Assembly (NCBI GenBank): GCA_044229145.1
Contig: JBGATO010000103.1
Coordinates: 1 to 11,039, forward strand
Length of the DNA: 11,039 bases
Direction: 5' to 3'
DNA from: Candidatus Eiseniibacteriota bacterium
GTDB taxonomy: Bacteria; Eisenbacteria; RBG-16-71-46; CAZEPH01
The notes under the pieces were generated by a model. That model saw only the letters and a list, made by a program, of their open reading frames with translations, was not told where the DNA came from and did not search any database. Made by a program: the position numbers and the translations under genes. Within the stretch, counting starts at the first letter, position 1. Every line of letters starts with the position of its first letter. Shown in pieces: positions 1 through 8,421 of this stretch.

Positions 1-110
1 AGGAACTCGATCTGGCCGTTGACGCTGCGGAACTCGTCCGCCGCCCACGCCTCGAGTTCGTCCCACAGGGCGGGACTGATACGCAGCAAGAACGCTTTGC
101 GCTCAGCCAT
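1..110 (-). CDS. Small Arc/MetJ-type ribbon-helix-helix DNA-binding protein (3' end truncated by window edge)
   Basis: Not in the ORF track. Hand translation from ATG at 110 gives [36 protein letters not shown]..., with a beta strand (KAFLLRI), a helix and the RSxNxQI turn typical of RHH proteins. A purine-rich SD (GAAGGGGGAG) lies upstream, and the start is 13 nt after the SPFH stop. This small gene commonly follows this SPFH subfamily. Confidence 0.88.
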   Translation of the reverse strand, partial: MAERKAFLLRISPALWDELEAWAADEFRSVNGQIEF

Positions 111-123
111 CCGCTCCCCCTTC

Positions 124-1005
124 CTAGTGGTGCAGGGTGCCGGCGTTCACGACCGGCGAGGCGGAGTGATCGCCGCACAACACGACGAGCAGGTTGCTGA
201 CCATCGCCGCCTTGCGCTCCTCGTCGAGTTCGACCACGTTCTCGCTCGACAGCTTCTCGAGCGCCATCTGCACCATCCCAACCGCGCCCTGCACCAGCAG
301 CGAGCGCGCGGCGACGATCGCGGCGGCCTGCTGGCGGCGCAACATCGCCTCGGCGATCTCCGGCGCGTACGACAGGTTCGACAACCGCGCTTCGATCACG
401 TGCACCCCGGCCAGCGCCAGCCGCGAGATCAACTCCTGCTGCAGGAGGTTCGCGACCTCGTCGGGGTGGCCGCGCAACGACACTTCGCTCTGCTCGCCGG
501 TGTCCGGCGCGTCGTACGGATAGGTGCTCGCCAGGTGCCGGACGGCCGCCTCGCTCTGCACCTCGACGTACTGCAAGTAATCGTTCACGTCGAACAACGC
601 CTTCGCGGTGTCCTTGACCTCCCACACGATCACCGCGGCGATCTCGATCGGGTTGCCGTTCTTGTCGTTCACCTTGAGCTTCTGGCCGTTCAGGTTGCGC
701 GCGCGCAGCGACACCTTGCGCTTGAGCGTGAACGGATTGACCCAGAAGAACCCGTTTGTGGTGACCGAGCCGACGTACGTACCGAACAGCGTCAAGACCA
801 TCGCGTCGTTGGGCTGCACGACGAACAAACCGGCAAGCGACAAGACGCCCGCCAAGATCATCAGGACACCGAGCAGGTGCTCGCCCCCACGCCCGACCGA
901 CTGCCCGGCGTGGTGAAACACGAAGATCGCCCCGAAGATCAGGACGATGCCCACCACCAACATGGCCCAGCCGGGCCGCGCTTGATACCGCTTCTCCTGC
1001 GTCAT
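124..1005 (-). CDS. SPFH (stomatin/prohibitin/flotillin/HflK-C, band 7) domain membrane protein, 293 aa
   Basis: Two N-terminal hydrophobic segments, then [59 protein letters not shown] and the C-terminal [18 protein letters not shown], all characteristic of this SPFH subfamily. SD GGAGG at 1021-1017. Confidence 0.93.
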   Translation of the reverse strand: MTQEKRYQARPGWAMLVVGIVLIFGAIFVFHHAGQSVGRGGEHLLGVLMILAGVLSLAGLFVVQPNDAMVLTLFGTYVGSVTTNGFFWVNPFTLKRKVSLRARNLNGQKLKVNDKNGNPIEIAAVIVWEVKDTAKALFDVNDYLQYVEVQSEAAVRHLASTYPYDAPDTGEQSEVSLRGHPDEVANLLQQELISRLALAGVHVIEARLSNLSYAPEIAEAMLRRQQAAAIVAARSLLVQGAVGMVQMALEKLSSENVVELDEERKAAMVSNLLVVLCGDHSASPVVNAGTLHH

Positions 1006-1035
1006 GACAGTCCCATCCTCCCGCCCCCCATGGGC

Positions 1036-1063
1036 GACATCGAGATGATATCACTACGATACC
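1036..1063. promoter_or_regulatory. Putative operator: three GATATC-like boxes at 11-bp period
   Basis: GACATC (1036-1041), GATATC (1047-1052, inside the palindrome TGATATCA) and GATACC (1058-1063). They overlap the predicted +1, -10 and spacer. Confidence 0.6.
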
Positions 1064-1072
1064 CCTCTGCAA
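1045..1072 (-). promoter_or_regulatory. Putative sigma70-type promoter of the SPFH-RHH operon
   Basis: Minus strand TTGCAG (1072-1067), 16-nt spacer, TATCAT (1050-1045). The -10 is preceded by TG-A, giving an extended -10 (TGnTATCAT). Predicted +1 is near 1038. Confidence 0.65.
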
Positions 1073-1095
1073 GCACAAAAACGCCGGGCGGGCAG

Positions 1096-1191
1096 ATCAG
1101 GTTGCGGGAGACCGTCGCCGGCAGGGCCGAAAGCCCCAGGCGCCGGCACCTGCCGAGTCCGTGGGTCACCGCGCGTGTCCCCGCACCCGAT
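1096..1191. ncRNA. Candidate structured RNA element (three-way junction), family unassigned
   Basis: Manual pairing: outer stem 1096-1112 with 1177-1191, long hairpin 1119-1155 (CGGCAGG/CCTGCCG plus GCCG/CGGC), and small hairpin 1160-1173. It lies in the 230-nt gap between divergent genes. Confidence 0.35.
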
Positions 1192-1235
1192 AACGCCAGA
1201 GACGACACCACCAGGGCAGGCGGGTTTCAGCGCGC

Positions 1236-4115
1236 ATGATCGACACCTCCATCCTCCACTACCGCATCACGAACCGCCTCGGCGCGGGCGCCATGGGCGA
1301 GGTCTACCTCGCGCGCGACGAGCGGACGGAGCGCTTGGTCGCCCTGAAGTTTGTCGGGCGCACCCAGGCGGCGGAGGGCGAAGCGCGGGCCCGGCTGACT
1401 CGGGAGGCGCGCGCCGCCGCCCGCTTGAACCACCCGGCGATCGTCACGGTGCACGGCCTCGAGGACACCGGCGATCAGCTGTTCCTGGTGCAGGAGTACG
1501 TGCAGGGCGAGACGTTGGCCGCGCGGCTGGCGCGCGGGCCGTTGCCGCTCGCCGACGCCGAGCGCCTCGCCCGCAGCCTGGCCACCGCCCTCGCCCACGC
1601 GCATGCCCACGGCGTCCACCACCGCGATCTCAAGCCGGACAACGTGCTGGTGGCGGCAGACGGACAGTTCAAGATCGCCGACTTCGGCATCGCCCGCGTC
1701 GACGGCGCCGCCGCGCTGACCGTCGACGGTTCGATCCTCGGCACGCTGCCGTACATGGCCCCCGAACGCCTCGAAGGCGCCGCGGGCGATGCGCGCGCCG
1801 ACCTCTTCGCCCTCGGGGCGATCCTGTACGAAGCGCTCACCGGACTCCGCGCGTTTCCCGGCGCGACGCAGGCGGAAGTGCTCTATGCGGTCGTGCGCGG
1901 CGAACCGGCGGTGCCGGCGTTGCCCGCCGCGGCGCAGCCGCTGCTCGCGGTCGCGCTCCACTTGTTGGCGAAGGATCCGGCCGCGCGCCCGGCGGACGGC
2001 GACGCCGTGTGCGCGATGCTCGACGCCTGGACGCGCACCGGCACCGCGCCGCTGCCGCACCGACCGCGTCGCCGCGTGCAGTGGGCGGCGGCGCTCGGCG
2101 CCGCGTGTGCGCTGGTGGCGGCGCTCGGACTGTGGGGACGCGGTCACGTGGCGGCGGAGGCCGGCACCGAACCGGCGGTGGCGGTGCTGCCGTTCGTCAA
2201 CGTCGCGGACCCGACGGATCCCGAGCGCACCGGCGCGGTGGCGGGCACGCTCCTCGTCAGCTCGCTGGCGCAAACCGGACAGGTGAACGTGCTCGGTTCG
2301 CAGTCGGTGGTCGATGCGATCGAAGCACTCCCCCATCGCGCTGACGGCGCATTGACGCGCGACGACGCGGTGCGGGTGGCCGAGCGCACACACGCCGCGC
2401 GTCTGGTGCGCGGCAGCATCCTGCAGACCGCGCCGCAGTGGGTGGTCAGCGCCGAAGTCGTGGACGTGGCGAGCGGCCGCGTCTTGCACTCCGCGCGGCT
2501 CGCCGGCACGCGCGGCCAGTCGATCTTCGACGTCGTGGACGACCTCGGCACGCGCCTGCTCGAGCAGATGGTGCCGGGCTTCTCGGCGGCGCGCGCGACG
2601 CCGTACGCATTGCGCACCGGCGACAACTTGAGCGCCTACCAACATTACGTCGCCGGGCAAGAGGCGCTGGCGCGCGGCGAATTCGAGTCCGCCTCGGCGG
2701 ACTTCGCCGCGGCGCTCGATCGCGACTCGACGCTCGCGGCCGCTGCCTACCAACTCGGCGTCACGCAGTGGTGGGGCGGCGAGCCCGATGCCGCCGGCGC
2801 CAGCATCGAGCACGCGCGGCGCTTCGGCGATCGCCTCACCGGCAGCGAGCGCGACATGCTCGACGCGCTGGCCGCGCTGGTCGCCGGTCACTGGGGCGAT
2901 GCCGAGGCGCGTCTGCGTGAGATCGACCGCCGCTGGCCGGGCGACAAGCAGGTGCTCTACGGCCTGGTCGAAGCGACCTATCACGGCGGGCACCCAGAGC
3001 GCACGCTCGTCGCGGCGCGGCGTGCCGCGCGGGTCGCGCCCGAATTCCTCTTGCCGCGCGTGCACTTGGTGGACGCGCTCGCGGTGACCGGCCACACCGA
3101 CGAGGCAGAGCGCCTGGCGCGCGAGACCTTGGCACGCGATCCCCACTTCGCCTTCATGTGGCACAGCTTGTTCACCACGCGGCTGTATCACGGCGACGGC
3201 GCGGGAGCGCTCGACGTGCTGCGGCATGCGCGCGCCGCCGGCGTCCACGATCCGCTGGTGTACAGCGAAGGCGGGCACCTGGCCTGCGCGCTCGACAGCA
3301 CCGATGCGGCGCGTCTGTGCTACGTGAACCCGCACGCCCCGGCGTGGAAGCAGACCGACGCGCGGCGCGGCCTCGCGTTCAAGCAGGCGTTCGCGCGCGG
3401 CGACTTCGTGCGCGCCGAGCGCATCGCCGAAGACGCGTGGGCGGCGTTCCCGCGCGACGTGCGGGTGAGCGGCGGCGCGGTGCCGCTCGCCAACGGCGCC
3501 AACGCGGCAATGGCACTCGGCGACTCGGTGCGTGCATTCGCCTTCATCGACTCGGTCTACGCGCGCCATGCACGCAGCGGCCGCCTGCACGGCGCCGATC
3601 TCGACTTCGACCATCTGATGGATCGCGCGTGGGTGGAGGCGTCGCTGGGCAAGACGGTGCAAGCGCAGGCCCACGTCCGGCAATTGCGGCGCAGTCCGCT
3701 GTCGCGGCGCGATTTCAACCCGGTCCAGTTGCGTCTCATCGACGCGGACGTCGCGCTGCGCGAAGGGCGCGGCGCGGACGCGCTGGCACTGCTCGCCGGC
3801 CCGCCGATCTACCAGGACGGCTTCTTCCGCTACAACTCGGTGCGGCTGCTGCGCGCGCGCGCGCAAATGCAACTCGGCGACCACGCGCGGGCGCTCGCCA
3901 CGCTCGACACGCTGGCGGCGGTGCCGGTGCTGCGTCTCGACGATGCGGCGTTGCTCCACCTCGATCGCGCGCACTGTTGCGAAGCGCTCGGCCGTCGCGC
4001 CGAGGCCGTGGCGGCGTACGAACGCTTCCTCGCCCTTTGGCGTGACGCTCCGGCGACGCGCCGCGAGGTGCGCGACGCTCGCGCCGCGCTCGCGCGCCTG
4101 CGTACCGTCGCCTAG
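1236..4115 (+). CDS. Hanks-type Ser/Thr protein kinase with TM segment, TolB-N-like domain and TPR-like repeats, 959 aa
   Basis: Intact kinase motifs GAGAMGEVY, VALK, alphaC Glu (REARAAA), HRDLKPDN, DFG, GTLPYMAPE and ADLFALG. These are followed by a hydrophobic segment (WAAALGAACALVAALGLWG), an AVAVLPFVN TolB-N-like motif, and Ala-rich helical repeats ending in AVAAYERFLALWRDA. Confidence 0.95.
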   Translation: MIDTSILHYRITNRLGAGAMGEVYLARDERTERLVALKFVGRTQAAEGEARARLTREARAAARLNHPAIVTVHGLEDTGDQLFLVQEYVQGETLAARLARGPLPLADAERLARSLATALAHAHAHGVHHRDLKPDNVLVAADGQFKIADFGIARVDGAAALTVDGSILGTLPYMAPERLEGAAGDARADLFALGAILYEALTGLRAFPGATQAEVLYAVVRGEPAVPALPAAAQPLLAVALHLLAKDPAARPADGDAVCAMLDAWTRTGTAPLPHRPRRRVQWAAALGAACALVAALGLWGRGHVAAEAGTEPAVAVLPFVNVADPTDPERTGAVAGTLLVSSLAQTGQVNVLGSQSVVDAIEALPHRADGALTRDDAVRVAERTHAARLVRGSILQTAPQWVVSAEVVDVASGRVLHSARLAGTRGQSIFDVVDDLGTRLLEQMVPGFSAARATPYALRTGDNLSAYQHYVAGQEALARGEFESASADFAAALDRDSTLAAAAYQLGVTQWWGGEPDAAGASIEHARRFGDRLTGSERDMLDALAALVAGHWGDAEARLREIDRRWPGDKQVLYGLVEATYHGGHPERTLVAARRAARVAPEFLLPRVHLVDALAVTGHTDEAERLARETLARDPHFAFMWHSLFTTRLYHGDGAGALDVLRHARAAGVHDPLVYSEGGHLACALDSTDAARLCYVNPHAPAWKQTDARRGLAFKQAFARGDFVRAERIAEDAWAAFPRDVRVSGGAVPLANGANAAMALGDSVRAFAFIDSVYARHARSGRLHGADLDFDHLMDRAWVEASLGKTVQAQAHVRQLRRSPLSRRDFNPVQLRLIDADVALREGRGADALALLAGPPIYQDGFFRYNSVRLLRARAQMQLGDHARALATLDTLAAVPVLRLDDAALLHLDRAHCCEALGRRAEAVAAYERFLALWRDAPATRREVRDARAALARLRTVA

Positions 4116-4118
4116 CGC

Positions 4119-4147
4119 TTGACGGCGCGCGGCGCGCGTGCGACAAG
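4119..4147 (+). promoter_or_regulatory. Possible promoter for a leaderless hydrolase mRNA
   Basis: TTGACG (4119-4124), 17-nt spacer ending in TG-C, GACAAG (4142-4147), then ATG at 4155. There is no SD, and the -10 is a weak match. Confidence 0.35.
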
Positions 4148-4154
4148 CCGCTGC

Positions 4155-5156
4155 ATGTTTCCCGTCTTCGCCCCGCGCGGACTGTGGACGAATCCGCACC
4201 TTCAAACGCTCTCGGCCGCGGCGCCACTGGGCGCACCGCCGCGCGCGCTCCGGCACCACGCGTCCGCAGACTGCACGATCGCGCTCCCAGACGGCGATGC
4301 GCTCCTCGCCCGCGCCTGGTGGCACGACGAGGTGGCGACGGCCCGCCCGGCCGTCGTGCTCTTGCACGGCGTCGGCGGTACCAGCGAGTCGCGATATCTG
4401 CGCCGCGCCGCCGCGTTCTTCCACACGCAGGGCGCGCACGTGGTGCGGCTCAACGCGCGGCTACGGCCTCCTGGGGCGATGTGCGCCCGGCGGGTCGCGC
4501 ACGGCGCGCTCTTCGCGGACCTCCGCGTCGCCGTCGCATGGGCAGCGGCGCTGCGCGTCGATGCGGTCCACGTGGTCGGCTTCTCGCTCGGCGGGCATGC
4601 GGCGTTGCATCTCGCGGCCTCGTGCAGCACCGACGCGCTGCCGGCGCTGCGCACGGTGACCGCCGTATCGCCGCCACTCGACCTCACGGTGGTGAGCCGG
4701 CTGTTCGAGCGGCCGGACATCGCGCTCTACCGCGCGCACGTCTTGCGCGGGCTGCGGCGCGACGTGCGCGCGCATCTGCGGCGCGATCCGCGCGCGCTGC
4801 CGGTGACGGGCGATGCACCGCGCCGGTGGCGACAGGTGCGCGACTACGACGAACAAGTGCTGGCGCCGCTGTGGGGCTTCGCCTCGGCGGCCGACTACTA
4901 CACGCGCAGCAGCGCGGCGCTCGTGCTGCCGGCGATCACTCTCCCGACGCTGCTGCTGCACGCCGCCGACGATCCGATGGTGCCGGCCGCCGCGGTGACG
5001 CCATTCCTCGCCGGCGCCGGTCCCGGCCTGCGTAACGCACTGACGCGGCACGGTGGCCACTGTGGCTTCGTGACTTCGTGGCGGACGCTGGCGCGCGCCG
5101 AAACCTGGGCCACCACGGCCGCGCTCGCCTTTCAGCGCGCGCACGACCCGCGCTAG
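4155..5156 (+). CDS. YheT-like alpha/beta-fold hydrolase (putative esterase), 333 aa
   Basis: N-terminal FAPRGLWTNPHLQTL, LPDGD, oxyanion LLHGVGG, nucleophile GFSLGG, acid AADDPMV and His in GGHCGF. ATG 4155 fits the family N-terminus better than the track's TTG at 4119. Confidence 0.88.
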   Translation: MFPVFAPRGLWTNPHLQTLSAAAPLGAPPRALRHHASADCTIALPDGDALLARAWWHDEVATARPAVVLLHGVGGTSESRYLRRAAAFFHTQGAHVVRLNARLRPPGAMCARRVAHGALFADLRVAVAWAAALRVDAVHVVGFSLGGHAALHLAASCSTDALPALRTVTAVSPPLDLTVVSRLFERPDIALYRAHVLRGLRRDVRAHLRRDPRALPVTGDAPRRWRQVRDYDEQVLAPLWGFASAADYYTRSSAALVLPAITLPTLLLHAADDPMVPAAAVTPFLAGAGPGLRNALTRHGGHCGFVTSWRTLARAETWATTAALAFQRAHDPR

Positions 5157-5176
5157 CGCGGCGGCGGCGCGCCCCG

Positions 5177-5239
5177 TACTATCGCCCCACGCCGCCGGCC
5201 CGGACGCCGCGCGGCTTCGCACCCCGACACGGAAGGAGG
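5177..5239 (+). promoter_or_regulatory. Putative -10 element and strong ribosome-binding site of the propeller gene
   Basis: TACTAT at 5177-5182 in otherwise GC-rich DNA, with no convincing -35. GGAAGGAGG at 5231-5239 lies 5 nt before GTG 5245. Confidence 0.5.
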
Positions 5240-5244
5240 GTCTC

Positions 5245-7715
5245 GTGCCGCCCGTCCATCGCGTTCCGTCCCTCATCGCCGGCGCCGTGCTGGCCGTTTC
5301 GCCGCTCGCCCGCGCCGGCGAGCGCTGATGCGCTTCGTCGGCCCGAGCTGAACCGTCGCCGCCGCGCTGATCCCCGACCGGGCACCGCTCGGGCCGGTCG
5401 CCGCGCAGCGCGCAGGCGTGGCGTGGCAGTTCCTCGGCCCGCAACCGATCGCCGACGAGGTGTACTCCGGCGTCGGCACGACGGGCGGCAATGCATCGGG
5501 CCGCGTGTGCGCGCTGGCCCTCGACCCGGGCGATCCGCTGACCGCTTACGCCGCGGCGGCGCAAGGCGGCGTGTGGAAGACCACCGACGGCGGCGCGCAC
5601 TGGACTCCGCTCACCGACGGACTCTCCAGCCTGGCGTCCGGCGCCCTCGCCCTCGACCCGCAGGACGCCACCATCGTGTGGTACGGCACCGGCGAGCAGA
5701 ACTTCAGCATCGACAGCTTTCCGGGCGACGGGCTCTTCCGCTCCACCACCGCCGGCGCGTCGTGGAGCAAGATCGCGGCGAAGACCACGGTGGGCAGCTA
5801 CATCGCGCGCGTCGCGCTGCCGCCCACCAGCAGCAGCGTCATCTTGGTGGCCAGCGATCGCGGCATCGTGCGCTCGGCCTCGGGCGGCTCGTCGTGGGCG
5901 GTGACACTCTCGGGCAGCTACGCGACAGACGTCGGGTTCGACAACGCGGTGTCGCCGACCGCCTACGCGGCGCTCTACGGCGTCGGCATCTTCAAGTCGA
6001 CCGACCTCGGCGCCTCGTGGACGCAGGTCTACGCGCCAGGTCTCAACACGGTCGGGCGCATCAACCTCGGCGTCTCGGCGTCCTCACCCGGCACGCTGTA
6101 CGCGAGCGTGGTGCATCCGACGACGTACGGCCTGCTCGCGCTGCTCAAGAGCACCGACTACGGCGCCACCTGGACGACGCTCTCGGCGCCCGACTACCTC
6201 ACCGGCAAGGCGAACAACGGCCAAGGCTTCTACGACAATTGCATCGTCGTCGACCCCACCACCGCGAACACCGTGTACGTCGGCGGCAGCGATCCGGTGA
6301 GTTCGGCGAACGCACTGCTCGCCTCCACGAACGGCGGCAGCACATGGATCGGACGCGCGATCGGCGTCGACAATGGCCGTCTGCATCCCGATCACCACGC
6401 ACTGGCCATCGGCAGCACCGGCGTGCTGTGGGACGCCAACGACGGCGGCATCTGGACGAGCACCGACGGCGGCCTGCACTGGACGAACCGCAACGCGACG
6501 CTCGCCCTCACGCAATTCTACAGCGTGGCCCTCGACCCCAGCGACGCGACCACGGTGATCGGCGGCACGCAGGACAACGGCACCATCGGCACCAGTGCCG
6601 GCAGCACCGCGTGGACGCAGATCGTCAACGGCGATGGCGGCCCGTGCTTCCTCGACCCCGCTTCGCCGAGCACGCTCTACACCAGCTACGTGTTCCTGCG
6701 CCCGGTGCTGAAGTGGGTGCCGAACGTGTCGCCGGTCGACATCACGGGCGGCGCGGCCCACGACTGGAACGGCGATGCCGCCGATTGGGCGAACGGCGTG
6801 CTGCAACCCGATCCCAATGCCACCGCGACGTTCTGGGCCGGCACTACACGCTTGTGGCGCTCGACCAACGCCGGAGCATCCTGGTCGGCGTACTCCAGCA
6901 CGCTGACGCGCACGCCGAGCGGCGTCCTGCGTTCGCTCGGGCTCGGCACCGGCGCGCCGCACGCGGTCTACGCCGGCAGCAGCGACGGCGCGTTCTTCGC
7001 CACTACCGATACCAGCGCGGGCTTTTGGGATCGCAGCAGCGGCCTGCCGACGCGGCCGATCCCCGACATCGCGGTGAGTCCGACCGCCTGGCAGACACTC
7101 TACGTGTGCAGCGACACCACCGCCGGCTCACGCGTCTTCAACTCGTCCACCGATGGACGCGCGTGGATCAGCGCCACCGGAGACTTACCGAGCGGGTTGC
7201 GACCGCTTTCGCTCGCGGCGGACTTCCGCGCCGCGCCGCCGTCGCTCTTCGTGGGCACCGATCGCGGCGTCTACATGTCGGTCAACGGCGGCGCGCACTG
7301 GACGCTCACCGGCCTCCCCGCGGTGGCGGTCTACGATCTGGCGATCAACACACTCGACAACACGCTGGTGGCGGCGACGCACGGCCGCGGCATGTGGGCG
7401 CTGCCGCTGGCGGTGACGCGCGCGCCGTCACCGGAGGAGGCACCGGACCGCACGCCGAGCGCCGTGAGCGTGCGCGGCGTGGGCCACGCCGGGGAAATTC
7501 GTTTCACGCTGGCCACCGGGGGCGCCGTCCTCGGCGATGTGTTCACACTCGATGGACGGCGCGTCGCCCACGAGCGCTGGGACGCGCTCTCCGCCGGCTC
7601 GCACACCTGGCGGTGGGTCGAACGCACAGCCGCCACGCTCGCCAGCGGCCTCTACCGTGTGCGGCTGACGCGTGGCACCCTGCACCGCGAGGCGTGGAGC
7701 CTGGTGATCCGCTAG
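5245..7715 (+). CDS. Secreted Asp-box/BNR-repeat beta-propeller protein (VPS10/GH74-like fold) with C-terminal T9SS-A/FlgD-Ig-like domain; 5' end frameshifted (pseudogene or sequence error)
   Basis: The main frame is open from 5352 to 7715 (track start 5418). It contains WQFLGP, GRVCALALDP, AAQGGVWKT, DHHALA, ANDGGIW, GGTQDNG and ATHGRGMW, plus about ten S/T-x-D/N-x-G-x-x-W Asp-boxes. The C-terminus reads IRFTL...VFTLDGRRV...AGSHTWRW...LASGLYRVRL. The signal peptide MPPVHRVPSLIAGAVLAVSPLARA starts at the SD-backed GTG 5245 in another frame, which stops at 5326-5328. Confidence 0.85.
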
Positions 7716-7721
7716 AACGAC

Positions 7722-7791
7722 GGCGCGGGCCAGAGCTCTCTCGCTCCGGCCCGCGCCTGACGGCCGTCCCCACGGCACTGGGGGGCGGTCG
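7722..7791. terminator. Tandem hairpins between convergent genes (possible bidirectional terminator or 3'-end stabiliser)
   Basis: Hairpin 1 is GGCGCGGGCC-A-GAGC-tctctc-GCTC-C-GGCCCGCGCC (7722-7757). Hairpin 2 spans 7761-7791, with G-U pairs on the plus strand. There is no U-tract on either side. Confidence 0.55.
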
Positions 7792-7809
7792 AGTCGGTGG
7801 ATGACGCAG

Positions 7810-8382
7810 CTAGTCGGCGTCGCCGTCCCCATCGCCGCCACTGGGCGGCGCACCTTCGCCGCCGGCTTTCATCGCAGGCGCACCCGCGTCCGCTGGGAGT
7901 GTCGCGTGCACGCCGTGGGTATGCACCAGGCGCCCTCCCTTGTCGGCGGTGTTGGCCAGGACCAGCGCACTCCCCGCGTACAACGTCAGCAGGGCCAGCA
8001 TCACGACGGTCTCGACGCCACGCGGCAGGGACCGCTTCAAGATCGAGGGGCCCCACAGCACCAGGCCGAGCAGCACGGTCAATCCAATGAAGAGCGCCCG
8101 CGCGGCCTCGGCGAGTTCCTCGTGCTCCTCGATCGCTGCCTCGACGGCGTGCGTGACTTTCGCCGCTTCGGCCGCTGCCTCACCCGCTGCGGTCGCGAGC
8201 ACCAACGAGAAGGTGCCGAGCGCGGTGAGAAGAAACGCTGCCACGAACATTCCACGACGGACCCGCGGGAACACCAACCCTCCTGCCAGCGCGAGTGGTG
8301 CCACGAGCAGCAGTCCGATCGGAAAGTGCACGATCAGTGGATGCATGGAACTCCAGGCCGGCAACGGCGGAAACAGCGTCAT
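7810..8382 (-). CDS. DUF2231-family multi-pass membrane protein, 190 aa
   Basis: Signature MHPLIVHFPIGLL, about four hydrophobic segments, a loop motif IEEHEELA and C-terminal GGRLVHTHGV. ATG 8382 is preceded by the SD GGAG. The track's start at 8520 would overlap the sigma54 promoter. Confidence 0.85.
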   Translation of the reverse strand: MTLFPPLPAWSSMHPLIVHFPIGLLLVAPLALAGGLVFPRVRRGMFVAAFLLTALGTFSLVLATAAGEAAAEAAKVTHAVEAAIEEHEELAEAARALFIGLTVLLGLVLWGPSILKRSLPRGVETVVMLALLTLYAGSALVLANTADKGGRLVHTHGVHATLPADAGAPAMKAGGEGAPPSGGDGDGDAD

Positions 8383-8421
8383 GGTCGATCTCCAGTGGAA
8401 GGGCAGCGGGGATTTTGGGCG

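Noticed and set aside
1002..1040. Tiny upstream [15 protein letters not shown] overlapping the SPFH start (ATGA)
   Set aside because: The first ATG is at or just upstream of the predicted +1, and the internal ATGs lack a properly spaced SD. Nothing supports translation.
1090..1175. Partial resemblance to TPP (AACCTGATC, minus strand), c-di-AMP ydaO (GCGGGAGACC...CCGAGTCCGT) and glycine riboswitches
   Set aside because: Essential conserved segments are missing (CUGAGA for TPP, GGGUGAAU for ydaO, CUCAGG for glycine), and the gene context does not support TPP or glycine.
19..1239. 406-aa plus-strand ORF
   Set aside because: Antisense shadow of the SPFH and RHH genes, with no recognisable domain.
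1227..4439. 1070-aa minus-strand ORF
   Set aside because: Antisense shadow of the kinase gene. It is Arg/Ala-rich with no motifs, and long stop-free antisense frames are expected at this GC content.
5078..7804. 908-aa plus-strand Arg-rich ORF
   Set aside because: Off-frame overlap of the propeller gene with composition typical of a shifted GC-rich frame.
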